A stretch of DNA of 64,000 bases from Candidatus Latescibacterota bacterium (lineage in GTDB: Bacteria; Latescibacterota; UBA2968): assembly GCA_965207885.1 (NCBI GenBank), contig OZ242311.1, positions 2,016,001 through 2,080,000 on the forward strand, read 5' to 3'. The position numbers and the translations under genes are program-made. Below, piece after piece: positions 17,071 through 25,746 of the stretch (position 1 is the stretch's first letter; the number at the start of each line of letters is the position of its first letter). The notes beneath the pieces are model-generated. The model made no database searches and was not told the origin of the DNA. It worked only from the letters and a program-made list of their open reading frames with translations.

Positions 17071-18255
17071 TCAATTCGAAGGGTTTTCATTTTTTCCATG
17101 CAGGCGATAGAGGCCCACACCGCAGGCGAGTGCGCCGAGACAAAATAAGACGGAGATGCCAAAGGGCCAGATGGGTCCTCCGTCGATGAGTTTGCCGCCG
17201 CCGAGGCTGCCGGAGAGCATGCCCAGGCTCCAGGCGAGGTGGGCAGCGCCCACGACGCGGCCTTTTTCGTCTTCGCGGGCGATCAATTGTATGAGGCCCG
17301 GCATGGTGGTTGAGAGAGACCAGGCTGAGGCGGTTGCGAGAATGCCAAAGACGTAGATGCCAGTAAGGGTGTGCGCGGTCAGGGCGAGGCCGAGGGCACT
17401 GATGGCGACGAGTGACGCGGAGACGAGGATGGGACGCCAGCGCCCAATGCGGTCGCAAAGCCGACCGGTAAGTACCTGAAAACAAGCTGCGATGATCAGG
17501 CTGATGGCACTGTAATTCGTGGCTGCGGTGCTGGTGCCCGCAATGCGAAAGATGAGCAGGGGCAAGAGCAGGGTGACGGCACCCCAATAGCTGGTGGGCA
17601 GGTAGCGGATGCCCAACAGGAGGCACACGTCGAGACGGCGGAATAGTTGAATGAGTGCGGACAGGTTGCGACCATTGTCGGCAGATTTTGGCGAGGGTAT
17701 CGCAGGGAGGATCAGGATGCTCATCAGGACGAGTACTACCCCTGCGAGTGTGATGCAAAAACCGAGGGTTTGAAATCCGAATGCATCGGCGATGGGACCA
17801 GAGAGAAAATTTCCCGAAGCAGAGCCGAGGGTGTTGCCGAGGAAATAACCGGCTGATGCGATGCCGATGACAGAGGATGGGGCTGCGCTGATGAGATAGC
17901 TTTGTCCTCCGGCGCTGTTAAATCCAGAGGATATGCCGATGCCGGTACACAGAGCAGTCAGGAGGAGGGGATCGCCGCTGTAAAAAATAACGCCGGCGAG
18001 AATAGGTCCCAAGGTGCCGAGGACGTAAACGGGTTTGACGCCCCAGGTATCGGCAAGGCGGCCCGCAGGCACGGCAAAGACACCGCCTAAAATGAGAAAT
18101 GCTGCGCGCAATCCCCCGGAAAAGAGGGGCGTGCCGAGCAGGTCTGCTTCGACATATACGGGGAGGAGTGTGTTGAGCGGGGCAGAGACAAAGCTGCTGA
18201 AAAAAGAGACTATGAGCAGGGCGATGAAACGGCGATTGAGGAGTTCGGAGTACAT
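17071..18255 (-). CDS. MFS transporter
   Basis: ~12 hydrophobic segments; motif A GRLADTWGVK and GRLCDRIGRW. Confidence 0.9.
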   Translation of the reverse strand: MYSELLNRRFIALLIVSFFSSFVSAPLNTLLPVYVEADLLGTPLFSGGLRAAFLILGGVFAVPAGRLADTWGVKPVYVLGTLGPILAGVIFYSGDPLLLTALCTGIGISSGFNSAGGQSYLISAAPSSVIGIASAGYFLGNTLGSASGNFLSGPIADAFGFQTLGFCITLAGVVLVLMSILILPAIPSPKSADNGRNLSALIQLFRRLDVCLLLGIRYLPTSYWGAVTLLLPLLIFRIAGTSTAATNYSAISLIIAACFQVLTGRLCDRIGRWRPILVSASLVAISALGLALTAHTLTGIYVFGILATASAWSLSTTMPGLIQLIAREDEKGRVVGAAHLAWSLGMLSGSLGGGKLIDGGPIWPFGISVLFCLGALACGVGLYRLHGKNENPSN

Positions 18256-18280
18256 TTTTTAAGTTTTTTTATTTTCGCCC

Positions 18281-18311
18281 TTGACTCTCCAGTTACTGGA
18301 AGGTGTATATT
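18281..18311 (+). promoter_or_regulatory. MerR-type sigma70 promoter, 19-bp spacer with operator palindrome
   Basis: TTGACT-N19-TATATT; spacer contains the perfect dyad TCCAGT-T-ACTGGA. Confidence 0.85.
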
Positions 18312-18355
18312 GTCCTTTGAAGGCCTTCTACACCCGTATCACATGGAGAGAATCC

Positions 18356-19159
18356 ATGCTCAAGATTGGAGAATTTGCCAGGCTTGTCGATGTGCCTGTC
18401 AAGACGTTGCGCTACTACGACGAGATTGGTTTGTTCAAATCCGATTACATCGATGAACAAACCGGCTACCGCTTTTACTCATTCGAGCAACTCCCACGGC
18501 TCAATCGCCTGCTGGCTCTCAAAGACCTGGGTCTGTCGTTGAGCCAGATTGATCAAATGCTGAAAGAAGACCTTTCGGCCGATCAACTTCGCGATATGCT
18601 TTTGCAGAAACAGGTCGAACTCGAAGATCTTGCCAGAGATATCCGGGAACGCGTTGCCCGCGTGGGAGCCAGACTGAGTCTTATTGAAATGGAGGATAAA
18701 ATGCCAGATTATGAAGTTGTCATCAAAACAGTTGATCCGGTTCTGGTCGCTTCTAAACAGGAGGCTATTCCACACTTTGCTGCCATCGGTTCTGTGATGG
18801 ACCGCCTGTACAATGGGGTTGTCGCCCATGTTGTGAAACACAAGGGACAGTTTGCGGGACCGGGCATTACGGTATGGCATGAAAATTTTAAACCCGAAGC
18901 AAACATACCGATCAAAAAAACCATACCAGAAGGTGATGATGTCAAGGTCCACGAGTTGCCGGGTGATCAAATGGCGTGTCTGGTACATCACGGAGGCTTT
19001 GAAGGTTTTCCTCTGGCCTATCAAGCGGGCGTTCAGTGGATTGAGACCAATGGCTATGAGATCACCGGACCGAGCCGAGAAGTGTATTTGCAATTTAGAC
19101 CCGATGGCGATCCAAAGGATTTTGTGACGGAAATACAGTTCCCCATTGCAAAAGTATAA
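18356..19159 (+). CDS. MerR-family regulator with GyrI-like C-terminal domain (BmrR-like)
   Basis: Start reassigned to ATG 18356 (GGAG SD); MLKIGEFARL...TLRYYDEIGL...TGYRFY; C-terminal REVYL...TEIQFPI. Confidence 0.9.
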   Translation: MLKIGEFARLVDVPVKTLRYYDEIGLFKSDYIDEQTGYRFYSFEQLPRLNRLLALKDLGLSLSQIDQMLKEDLSADQLRDMLLQKQVELEDLARDIRERVARVGARLSLIEMEDKMPDYEVVIKTVDPVLVASKQEAIPHFAAIGSVMDRLYNGVVAHVVKHKGQFAGPGITVWHENFKPEANIPIKKTIPEGDDVKVHELPGDQMACLVHHGGFEGFPLAYQAGVQWIETNGYEITGPSREVYLQFRPDGDPKDFVTEIQFPIAKV

Positions 19160-19160
19160 G

Positions 19161-19188
19161 CAGGGGCGGGTTTAAAACCCGCCCGTAC
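19161..19188. repeat. REP-like palindrome
   Basis: Minus strand GTAC-GGGCGGGTTTTAAACCCGCCC. Confidence 0.5.
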
Positions 19189-19206
19189 ATCAGCGTCCGA
19201 CAAGAG

Positions 19207-19241
19207 AAATACCGGGATAGTTTTGTGTCCCGGTATTTTTT
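19207..19241. terminator. Hairpin terminator between convergent genes
   Basis: AAATACCGGGA...TCCCGGTATTT followed by a T run. Confidence 0.6.
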
Positions 19242-19242
19242 A

Positions 19243-19968
19243 CTATATGAAGTCCGATTTGAATTTTTCGATGCAGTCGTGTCGGGTGCCTTCAAAGAGG
19301 TAGATTTTGCCGCGGATAGTCGCGGTTTCTTCAGGCACGAGGGCACCTGCGCGAATGGATTGGTGCATGCAGCGCCAGGGGTTGTGACCCTGAACGGATA
19401 GAAAGTCCGCCCAGGCTATGCCCGCCACCCATGTACGATCTGTAGATTCGCGCATCAGAATGCCGCCTGTGGCATTGGTGGGCGATGTGGGCCATTTGTC
19501 AGACCAGACGGTTTCAGTATCTATTGCGCTGCGAAATGTGTGGTTGTAGTGAATGTCGCGGCGGATGAGGGGGACCAGACCTTCTTCGGCGAGAAACCAG
19601 GTGCGCTCGTGGTCGTCGTCAAAAAATGCTCGGGTTTCGGCAACTTCGGGCTGTTTGCCGGGGTTAAAGCATGGGATGATCGCGGCAATTTCGGGCCAGA
19701 TGCGGTCGGTTTTGTTGGTGATAGAGAGCAGCAGGTCAGCCCCGTTTTCACTGCCTGTGACGTTGAGACGCAGGCCGAGGTCGGGGTGTTCGAGGACGCC
19801 CGCATTGTCGTTTAGTGTTTTTTGCGGTACATGATCCCCGCCCGTGTGCTGGCCCGGGTGTACGGCTTCAAACATGTTCCATTCGTAGAACCAGAGGTAC
19901 ATGGTCAGATCATCTCGCCCATCGGGTGTGAATGAAAATCCGCGTCGCCATTTATTCAATGTGATCAT
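19243..19968 (-). CDS. Hypothetical protein (possibly beta-sandwich/aldose-epimerase-like)
   Basis: 241-aa ORF co-oriented 16 bp after the Nudix gene; family not recognised. Confidence 0.6.
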   Translation of the reverse strand: MITLNKWRRGFSFTPDGRDDLTMYLWFYEWNMFEAVHPGQHTGGDHVPQKTLNDNAGVLEHPDLGLRLNVTGSENGADLLLSITNKTDRIWPEIAAIIPCFNPGKQPEVAETRAFFDDDHERTWFLAEEGLVPLIRRDIHYNHTFRSAIDTETVWSDKWPTSPTNATGGILMRESTDRTWVAGIAWADFLSVQGHNPWRCMHQSIRAGALVPEETATIRGKIYLFEGTRHDCIEKFKSDFI

Positions 19969-19984
19969 TTACGATCATCCCAAT

Positions 19985-20752
19985 TCAGATATTTTTTGCC
20001 ATGCCATTGGGCATGAAAATTTCGTGGCGCTCGGGGTCGGAGTAGCCTTCGATTTCCATGTGGGTGACGCCGGGGCTTTCGATAGCGGCTTTGACTATGT
20101 GTTTGTTAAATGTGCTGACAATTTCGCTGGAGAGATACTCCGGGACGGACAACCAGAGGCATTCTTCGATTTCTTCGGCCTGGATAGAAATGTCTTCGCT
20201 CAAGGGCGAGAGGCGGCAGACAAAGTAGATGTCCGATTTGTCGTAGCGGTAGCCGTGCCAGTGCCGGAAGCAGACCAGTTTTTCAAATTTTGTACGCACG
20301 CCGGTTTCTTCAAAGACTTCGCGCTGGACGCAGTCGGCAATGTGCTCGCCCGGGTGCAGAGCGCCCCCGGGAAGTTTGTAGTAGGGTCTTGTGGAGCTTC
20401 GGTGTAATTCGCTGACGACCAGGAGTTCTTCGCGCTCGTTGATGACGACCCCGCCAGCGCCTATGTAATGCGTGGCGTATTCGGGTATGAAGGCATTGGG
20501 ATCGAGGGGTTTGGTGAGCAAAAGATAGTCTATTCCTGAGTGGTGAAATGTAAATCCCGCTTGTGTTGCCACTGGAATGAGTGCTGCCCGTTCAATGGGG
20601 ATGTTGATCCAGACGAGCTTGAATGCCTCGCGTTTCCACTCCTGGAGGGATGCTGAAAGGCGCGTGCGAAATTCCTCGGGATTGTGCGGCAGTGCTGCTG
20701 GATCTAATTCAATGCCTTGAAAGCGATTTGGCGTGGCTTCGAGTATTTGCAT
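19985..20752 (-). CDS. Nudix hydrolase (NUDT6/plant NUDX2-like, with N-terminal accessory domain)
   Basis: LPGGALHPGEHIADCVQREVFEETG Nudix box; GFTFHH and KSDIYFVCRL motifs. Confidence 0.85.
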   Translation of the reverse strand: MQILEATPNRFQGIELDPAALPHNPEEFRTRLSASLQEWKREAFKLVWINIPIERAALIPVATQAGFTFHHSGIDYLLLTKPLDPNAFIPEYATHYIGAGGVVINEREELLVVSELHRSSTRPYYKLPGGALHPGEHIADCVQREVFEETGVRTKFEKLVCFRHWHGYRYDKSDIYFVCRLSPLSEDISIQAEEIEECLWLSVPEYLSSEIVSTFNKHIVKAAIESPGVTHMEIEGYSDPERHEIFMPNGMAKNI

Positions 20753-20945
20753 AGATTACCTCGTTCATAGGATGGTTGTGAACCGGCACATGGTAAGGAA
20801 CATCACAAAATCGGGCAAGGGGTTTGCGGTGGGCAGTTCTACTTGACAGCGGTCATGAGGACAATCATATTGAATGAAATAAAAAATGATGCGCGAGGTT
20901 GAAACAGTTGATGGGTTGGAGGCGTTAAATTGAGGGAGGGATAAC

Positions 20946-22142
20946 ATGGTGTCTATTTTTGAACAGTTGGGCGTGCGCACGATTATCAATGCTGCTGGTC
21001 CGGTTACGCGTTTGAGCGGGGCGCGCATGGATGAGGATGTGATTGATGCCATGCGCGAGGCATCGCAGGTGTGTGTGGATATAGCAGAGCTACAGGCAGG
21101 GGCAGGAAAGTTGATTGCCGAGGTGACAGGTGCCGAAGCCGGATATGTGACATCGGGTGCTGCGGCGGGTCTGGTGCTCGCAACGGCGGCATGTGTTACG
21201 GGTATGGATCCGGGAAAGATGAACCGGTTGCCCGATACTTCGGGGATGAAAAATGAGGTGATTATGCCCCGGTCGCATCGCAATTTTTACGATCACGCGG
21301 TGCGTTCAGTGGGTGTGAAGCTCATCGAGGTGGGCATTCCCGATCGGTTTAGTGGCGCGGGCGTGCGCGATACAGAGGCCTGGGAAATTGCGGATGCGAT
21401 GACCGATCAGACTGCGGCGATTGTTTATGTGGCGCAGTCTTTTGCGCAGCCGCCTTTGCCACAGGTGACGGCTGTGGCGCGCAAACACGGCGTGCCCGTC
21501 ATTGTCGATGCTGCAGGACAGTTGCCGCCTGCGGCAAATTTGAAGCGGTTTATCAGCGAAGGTGCCGATGCGGTTTGTTTTAGCGGCGGGAAAACTATTG
21601 GCGGGCCTCAAGGTGCGGGCATTTTGTGCGGGCGTCGGGATCTGATTTCCTCGGCGGCATTGCAGCATCTGGATCTGGATGTATATTATGATTTGTGGGA
21701 TCCTCCGCCTGAATTGATCGATAAATCCGCGCTGCCGGGGGCGCCGCAGCATGGGATTGGGCGACCGTGCAAGGTGGGAAAGGAGCAGATTGCGGGGGTG
21801 ATGGTTGCACTGCAAAAGTTTGTCGCAGAAAGCGACGAGGCGCGACAGGCCCGCTGGTCGCAGTGCCTTCAGAATTTGGCAGATGAGATAAGTGATTTGC
21901 CGGGGTGCGATATGAGTATGGATGCCTACCGCACAATACCCATTTTGCGGCTCGAGCTTTCTCCGGCGGAAAGAGGCGTGGCGGTGGCGCGGCAATTAAT
22001 GGAAGGTGATCCGAGTATTCATATTAGTACATCGGGCGTTTACGATGGCGTGTTGATTTTTAATCCCATGTGTTTATCAGAAGATATGATCAAACCGATT
22101 GCCGATCGGTTAAAAGTGTTAATCACGAGTTGCGATTCGTGA
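20946..22142 (+). CDS. SelA-like/DgaE-family PLP-dependent enzyme
   Basis: IINAAGPVTRLSG, VDAAG and FSGGKTIGGPQ (PLP lysine). Confidence 0.85.
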   Translation: MVSIFEQLGVRTIINAAGPVTRLSGARMDEDVIDAMREASQVCVDIAELQAGAGKLIAEVTGAEAGYVTSGAAAGLVLATAACVTGMDPGKMNRLPDTSGMKNEVIMPRSHRNFYDHAVRSVGVKLIEVGIPDRFSGAGVRDTEAWEIADAMTDQTAAIVYVAQSFAQPPLPQVTAVARKHGVPVIVDAAGQLPPAANLKRFISEGADAVCFSGGKTIGGPQGAGILCGRRDLISSAALQHLDLDVYYDLWDPPPELIDKSALPGAPQHGIGRPCKVGKEQIAGVMVALQKFVAESDEARQARWSQCLQNLADEISDLPGCDMSMDAYRTIPILRLELSPAERGVAVARQLMEGDPSIHISTSGVYDGVLIFNPMCLSEDMIKPIADRLKVLITSCDS

Positions 22143-22210
22143 GTTTCCCAACCATTGTACGCAGGCTTTGCCTGAGCACTAATTCCCCCATTTTACAAAG
22201 GAGGCGTGCC

Positions 22211-22891
22211 ATGGGTGTTATCACTATTTCAAGGGAATACGGAAGTGATGGACGTACTGTTGCCCGGAAGGTTGCCGAGACACTGTCTTATCACAATATA
22301 GATAAAGATTTGCTCGTTGAGGTGGCACAAAAAGCCCAGGTGCCCGTGTCAGAAGTCGAACGCTATGACGAGCTACCCGAACATCCCGCTCTGAGAATTT
22401 TGCGAAAATTTCTCACGCCTGGATACGCAGATACCTTGACGGGTTTGTCGGAATACGAATGGTGGGCTGCGGCGACCGTGCCCGAGTTGTCCGACCACCG
22501 AGATCAGGCACTGATAACCATGGATGAAGAGGTGTACGCGAAGTTGACCGCAGAAGTGGAGATGCAGATGGCCGATCAGGGCGATGTGGTTATATTGGGG
22601 AGAGGTGGGCAAGCCGTCTTGAAGGGCCGCGAAGATACGTTGCATGTGCGCGTGGTGGCGACGCAAGACTTTAAGCTGGATGTGGTGAAAGACCGCGATC
22701 AATTGACCAATGACGAGGATGCAATAAGGCGAATGAGAGGCGTGGATGAGCGCCGCAGGACGTATATCAAACGCCATTATAAGGTGGCCTGGGATAATCC
22801 ACATCTATACTCTGTCATAGTGAATACCGGCTTTTTGGGCGTTGATGGAGCCGTAGATGCGATTGTTTGCGCTGCTCATAAGGTGTTGTGA
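22211..22891 (+). CDS. Cytidylate kinase-like family protein
   Basis: AAGGAGG SD plus ATG 22211; VITISREYGSDG, VILGRGG and DERR..Y motifs. Confidence 0.85.
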   Translation: MGVITISREYGSDGRTVARKVAETLSYHNIDKDLLVEVAQKAQVPVSEVERYDELPEHPALRILRKFLTPGYADTLTGLSEYEWWAAATVPELSDHRDQALITMDEEVYAKLTAEVEMQMADQGDVVILGRGGQAVLKGREDTLHVRVVATQDFKLDVVKDRDQLTNDEDAIRRMRGVDERRRTYIKRHYKVAWDNPHLYSVIVNTGFLGVDGAVDAIVCAAHKVL

Positions 22892-22896
22892 AGCTA

Positions 22897-24309
22897 TCAA
22901 AGCCCCATTTCTATATACGCCCGTGCGATTTTTTCTATGGCGATGACAAAAGCAGCTGTGCGTAAATCCGGCACGTTGTCGCGAGATTTGTGGATTTCAC
23001 TCATGGTTTGATAGGCAGTGCTCATGGTGTCTTCGAGGCCAGAGCGCACGAGGTCCAGTTCATCTGATCCGTAAGAGAGTCTTGCTTTGAGGTGGTCGGG
23101 AACGGGTTTGCCAACCATTTCTTCCAGGGCGGTGATGATTTGCGCACCGCGATGTGCTTCGTGGCGTCTGTCGAGGCGCCCGAACCGGATGTGCGAGAGG
23201 TTCTTGATCCATTCAAAATAAGAAACTGTGACGCCGCCCGCATTGAGGTAGGCGTCGGGGATGATGGTTTTTCCCGCTTTGCGCAATACGTTGTCTGCCA
23301 TGTAAGTGACGGGACCGTTGGCCGCTTCTGCAATTACTGGCGCTTTGATGCGTCTGGCATTTTCAAGTGTGATCTGGCCTTCAATAGCGGCTGGTATGAG
23401 CATGTCGCATTCTGCTTCGAGCAGGCTTTTGCCATTTGCAATATAGGTGGCTCCCGGAAAGTGTTTTAATGAACCGCGTTCCGCGCGGTAAGCAGCGACT
23501 TCTTCAATTGAGAATCCCTCCTCTGATAGGATTGCTCCTTCGCGTTCAATAATGCCGATGATGCGCGCGCCACCTTCTTCTTCGAGATATTTGGTCGCGT
23601 GAAAGCCCACATTACCCAATCCTTGCACGATTATGCGTTTGCCTTCCAAATTGCCTTTCAGGCCCGCGTTTTTGACGTCTTCTGAGTTGTTAAAAAATTC
23701 CTTGATGCCGTAAAATACACCCCGTCCGGTTGCTTCGACGCGCCCCTGAATGCCGCCCTGGGAAAAGGGTTTGCCCGTTGTGCAGGCAATGGCGTTGATG
23801 TCTTCCGGGTGCAGGCTGCGATACGTGTCTGCGATCCAGGCCATTTCCCGTTCTCCTGTTCCCATGTCGGGTGCCGGGACGTTGAGAGCTGGATTGATAT
23901 ATCCCTTTTTGATCAATTCCTGTGCAAAACGTCGGGTAATGAGTTCGAGTTCATACTCGTTGTATTCGCGGGGATCAATGCATAGCCCACCTTTGGCACC
24001 GCCAAAGGGCACATCGACGATCGCGCATTTGTACGTCATGAGTGCGGCGAGTGCTTCCACGTCATCCTGACTGACAGTGGGGGCGTAACGGATGCCTCCT
24101 TTGACGGGCAGGCGATGTTCACTGTGAACAGAGCGCCATCCCGTGAAGATGCGATAGCTGTCGCGGAGTTTGACAAAGAAGCGCACCAGGTAAATGTTGT
24201 TGTTGATTTTGATCTGGTCAGCCAGCCCTGGAGGCAAATCGAGCGTTGCCACTGCGCGGTCAAACATGAGGTCAACGCTTTCTTTGAACCTGGGTTCATG
24301 TGAGGCCAT
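22897..24309 (-). CDS. gdhA: Glu/Leu/Phe/Val dehydrogenase (glutamate dehydrogenase)
   Basis: KGGIRY, PFGGAKGG, PAPDMGT, QGLGNVG and NAGGVTVSYFEW motifs. Confidence 0.92.
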   Translation of the reverse strand: MASHEPRFKESVDLMFDRAVATLDLPPGLADQIKINNNIYLVRFFVKLRDSYRIFTGWRSVHSEHRLPVKGGIRYAPTVSQDDVEALAALMTYKCAIVDVPFGGAKGGLCIDPREYNEYELELITRRFAQELIKKGYINPALNVPAPDMGTGEREMAWIADTYRSLHPEDINAIACTTGKPFSQGGIQGRVEATGRGVFYGIKEFFNNSEDVKNAGLKGNLEGKRIIVQGLGNVGFHATKYLEEEGGARIIGIIEREGAILSEEGFSIEEVAAYRAERGSLKHFPGATYIANGKSLLEAECDMLIPAAIEGQITLENARRIKAPVIAEAANGPVTYMADNVLRKAGKTIIPDAYLNAGGVTVSYFEWIKNLSHIRFGRLDRRHEAHRGAQIITALEEMVGKPVPDHLKARLSYGSDELDLVRSGLEDTMSTAYQTMSEIHKSRDNVPDLRTAAFVIAIEKIARAYIEMGL

Positions 24310-24351
24310 AAGTATTTCTCCGGAAATGGTGGGGCATGGGATGAAGTGTTC

Positions 24352-25242
24352 TTATAAAAGATGATGCAGAGCAGGCTCAAGGTGGGGATGGGCAAAGGAA
24401 AAGCTGGTGTTTTCGAGGCGTGAAGGGATAACGCGGGTGCTTGCGAGTAATAGGGCATCGGCCATTTCGCCCAGTGCGAGTTTGGCGGCAAAGGCGGGTA
24501 GCGGAAAAATTGTCGGGCGAGATAAGACGCGTCCGAGGGTTTTGGTAAATTCGCGATTGGTAACAGGTGTTGGGGATACGGCGTTGATGGCACCGCTGAT
24601 AGATTCATGGTCTATTGCAAAGAGGAATAGAGAGATCAGGTCGTCGAGGGTGATCCAGCTCATGTACTGATTGCCCGATCCGATGATGCCGCCCAATCCC
24701 AATTTGAAGGGCAAGAGCATTTTGCCGAGCGCCCCGCCTGTGGGGGATAGAACAATGCCAATGCGCGGGTGAACGGTTCGTATGCCGGCTTCTGTAGCGG
24801 GTTTGGCGGCGTTTTCCCAGGCGACGGATACGTTCGGGAGAAAGCCTTCTCCTGGCTGGCTGTCTTCGGTGAGGATTTCGTCGTCGCGGTTGCCGTAATA
24901 ACCGATGGCAGAAGCGGAGAGAAAGACTTTTGGCGGCGGAGATATAGACGCGAGTGTTTGGGCGAGCAGTGTGGTGCCCTGTACGCGACTGTCGCGGATG
25001 CGCGCCTTTTGCGCTGCGGTCCAGCGTCGGGAGGCGATGTTTTCTCCGGCGAGGTGTATGATGCCATCTATATTGGTGAGGCGCGAGGGATCAAGGGTAT
25101 CAGAAGATGGGTCCCAGGTGATTTCATCGGTGTTGTGGGTATTGCGTCGAGTGAGAGACAAGACGCGGTCACCTCGCGCGCTCAGTGCGGTTTTGAGTGC
25201 CGAGCCAATGAGGCCAGAGGCACCGGATATCAGAATTTTCAT
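24352..25242 (-). CDS. TIGR01777 family NAD-dependent epimerase (YfcH-like)
   Basis: MKILISGASGLIG, HLAGENIA, SASAIGYYG and PFKLGLGG motifs. Confidence 0.9.
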   Translation of the reverse strand: MKILISGASGLIGSALKTALSARGDRVLSLTRRNTHNTDEITWDPSSDTLDPSRLTNIDGIIHLAGENIASRRWTAAQKARIRDSRVQGTTLLAQTLASISPPPKVFLSASAIGYYGNRDDEILTEDSQPGEGFLPNVSVAWENAAKPATEAGIRTVHPRIGIVLSPTGGALGKMLLPFKLGLGGIIGSGNQYMSWITLDDLISLFLFAIDHESISGAINAVSPTPVTNREFTKTLGRVLSRPTIFPLPAFAAKLALGEMADALLLASTRVIPSRLENTSFSFAHPHLEPALHHLL

Positions 25243-25255
25243 AATTTTCAACTTT

Positions 25256-25325
25256 CGGGACGGCACAGGGGCCGTCCCCTAAGGTGATATTGTGGTTTGT
25301 AGGGGCGACCCCCTGTGGTCGCCCG
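25256..25325. repeat. Divergent pair of GTAG-type REP-like palindromes
   Basis: Minus strand TTAGGGGACGGCCCCTGTGCCGTCCCG (25256-25282); plus strand GTAGGGGCGACCCCCTGTGGTCGCCCG (25299-25325). Confidence 0.6.
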
Positions 25326-25329
25326 CTGA

Positions 25330-25743
25330 TTACTGTTGATAGAGCATGAGATAGATGATGACGCCGGTAATTGAGACAAATATCCAACTGGGCCAAACCC
25401 ATCGCGCCAGGCGGCGGTGGCGATCAAATTCGCCTTTGTAGGCTCGCCAGACCAGCGTGATGATGAAGGGTACATTGACGGCAGCGAGGATGATGTGCGG
25501 AATGAGTATGGCAAAGTAGATCGGGCGCGTCCAATCGCGGTGTGGATAAGGCACAGAGCCGACCTGACTGTGATAGATGAGGTATGAGGTCAGAAACAGA
25601 GCCGATAAGATCAACGCTGTGACCATGCATTTTTGATGCGTTTTGATGTCGCCGCGTTTGATATAGATGAATCCCAACACAAGAAAGATGGTGCAAAGTC
25701 CGTTGAGAAAGGCGTTTGCCGCGGGCAAGTCTGTGATGGACAT
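25330..25743 (-). CDS. DUF420 membrane protein
   Basis: LPAANAFLNG, LFLTSYLIYH, HIILA and HRRLARW...VSITGVIIY motifs. Confidence 0.88.
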   Translation of the reverse strand: MSITDLPAANAFLNGLCTIFLVLGFIYIKRGDIKTHQKCMVTALILSALFLTSYLIYHSQVGSVPYPHRDWTRPIYFAILIPHIILAAVNVPFIITLVWRAYKGEFDRHRRLARWVWPSWIFVSITGVIIYLMLYQQ

Positions 25744-25746
25744 AGT

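Noticed and set aside
20946-22142. True selenocysteine synthase selA
   Set aside because: It lacks the SelA N-terminal domain and there is no selB/selC/selD nearby; it fits the SelA-like/DgaE group.
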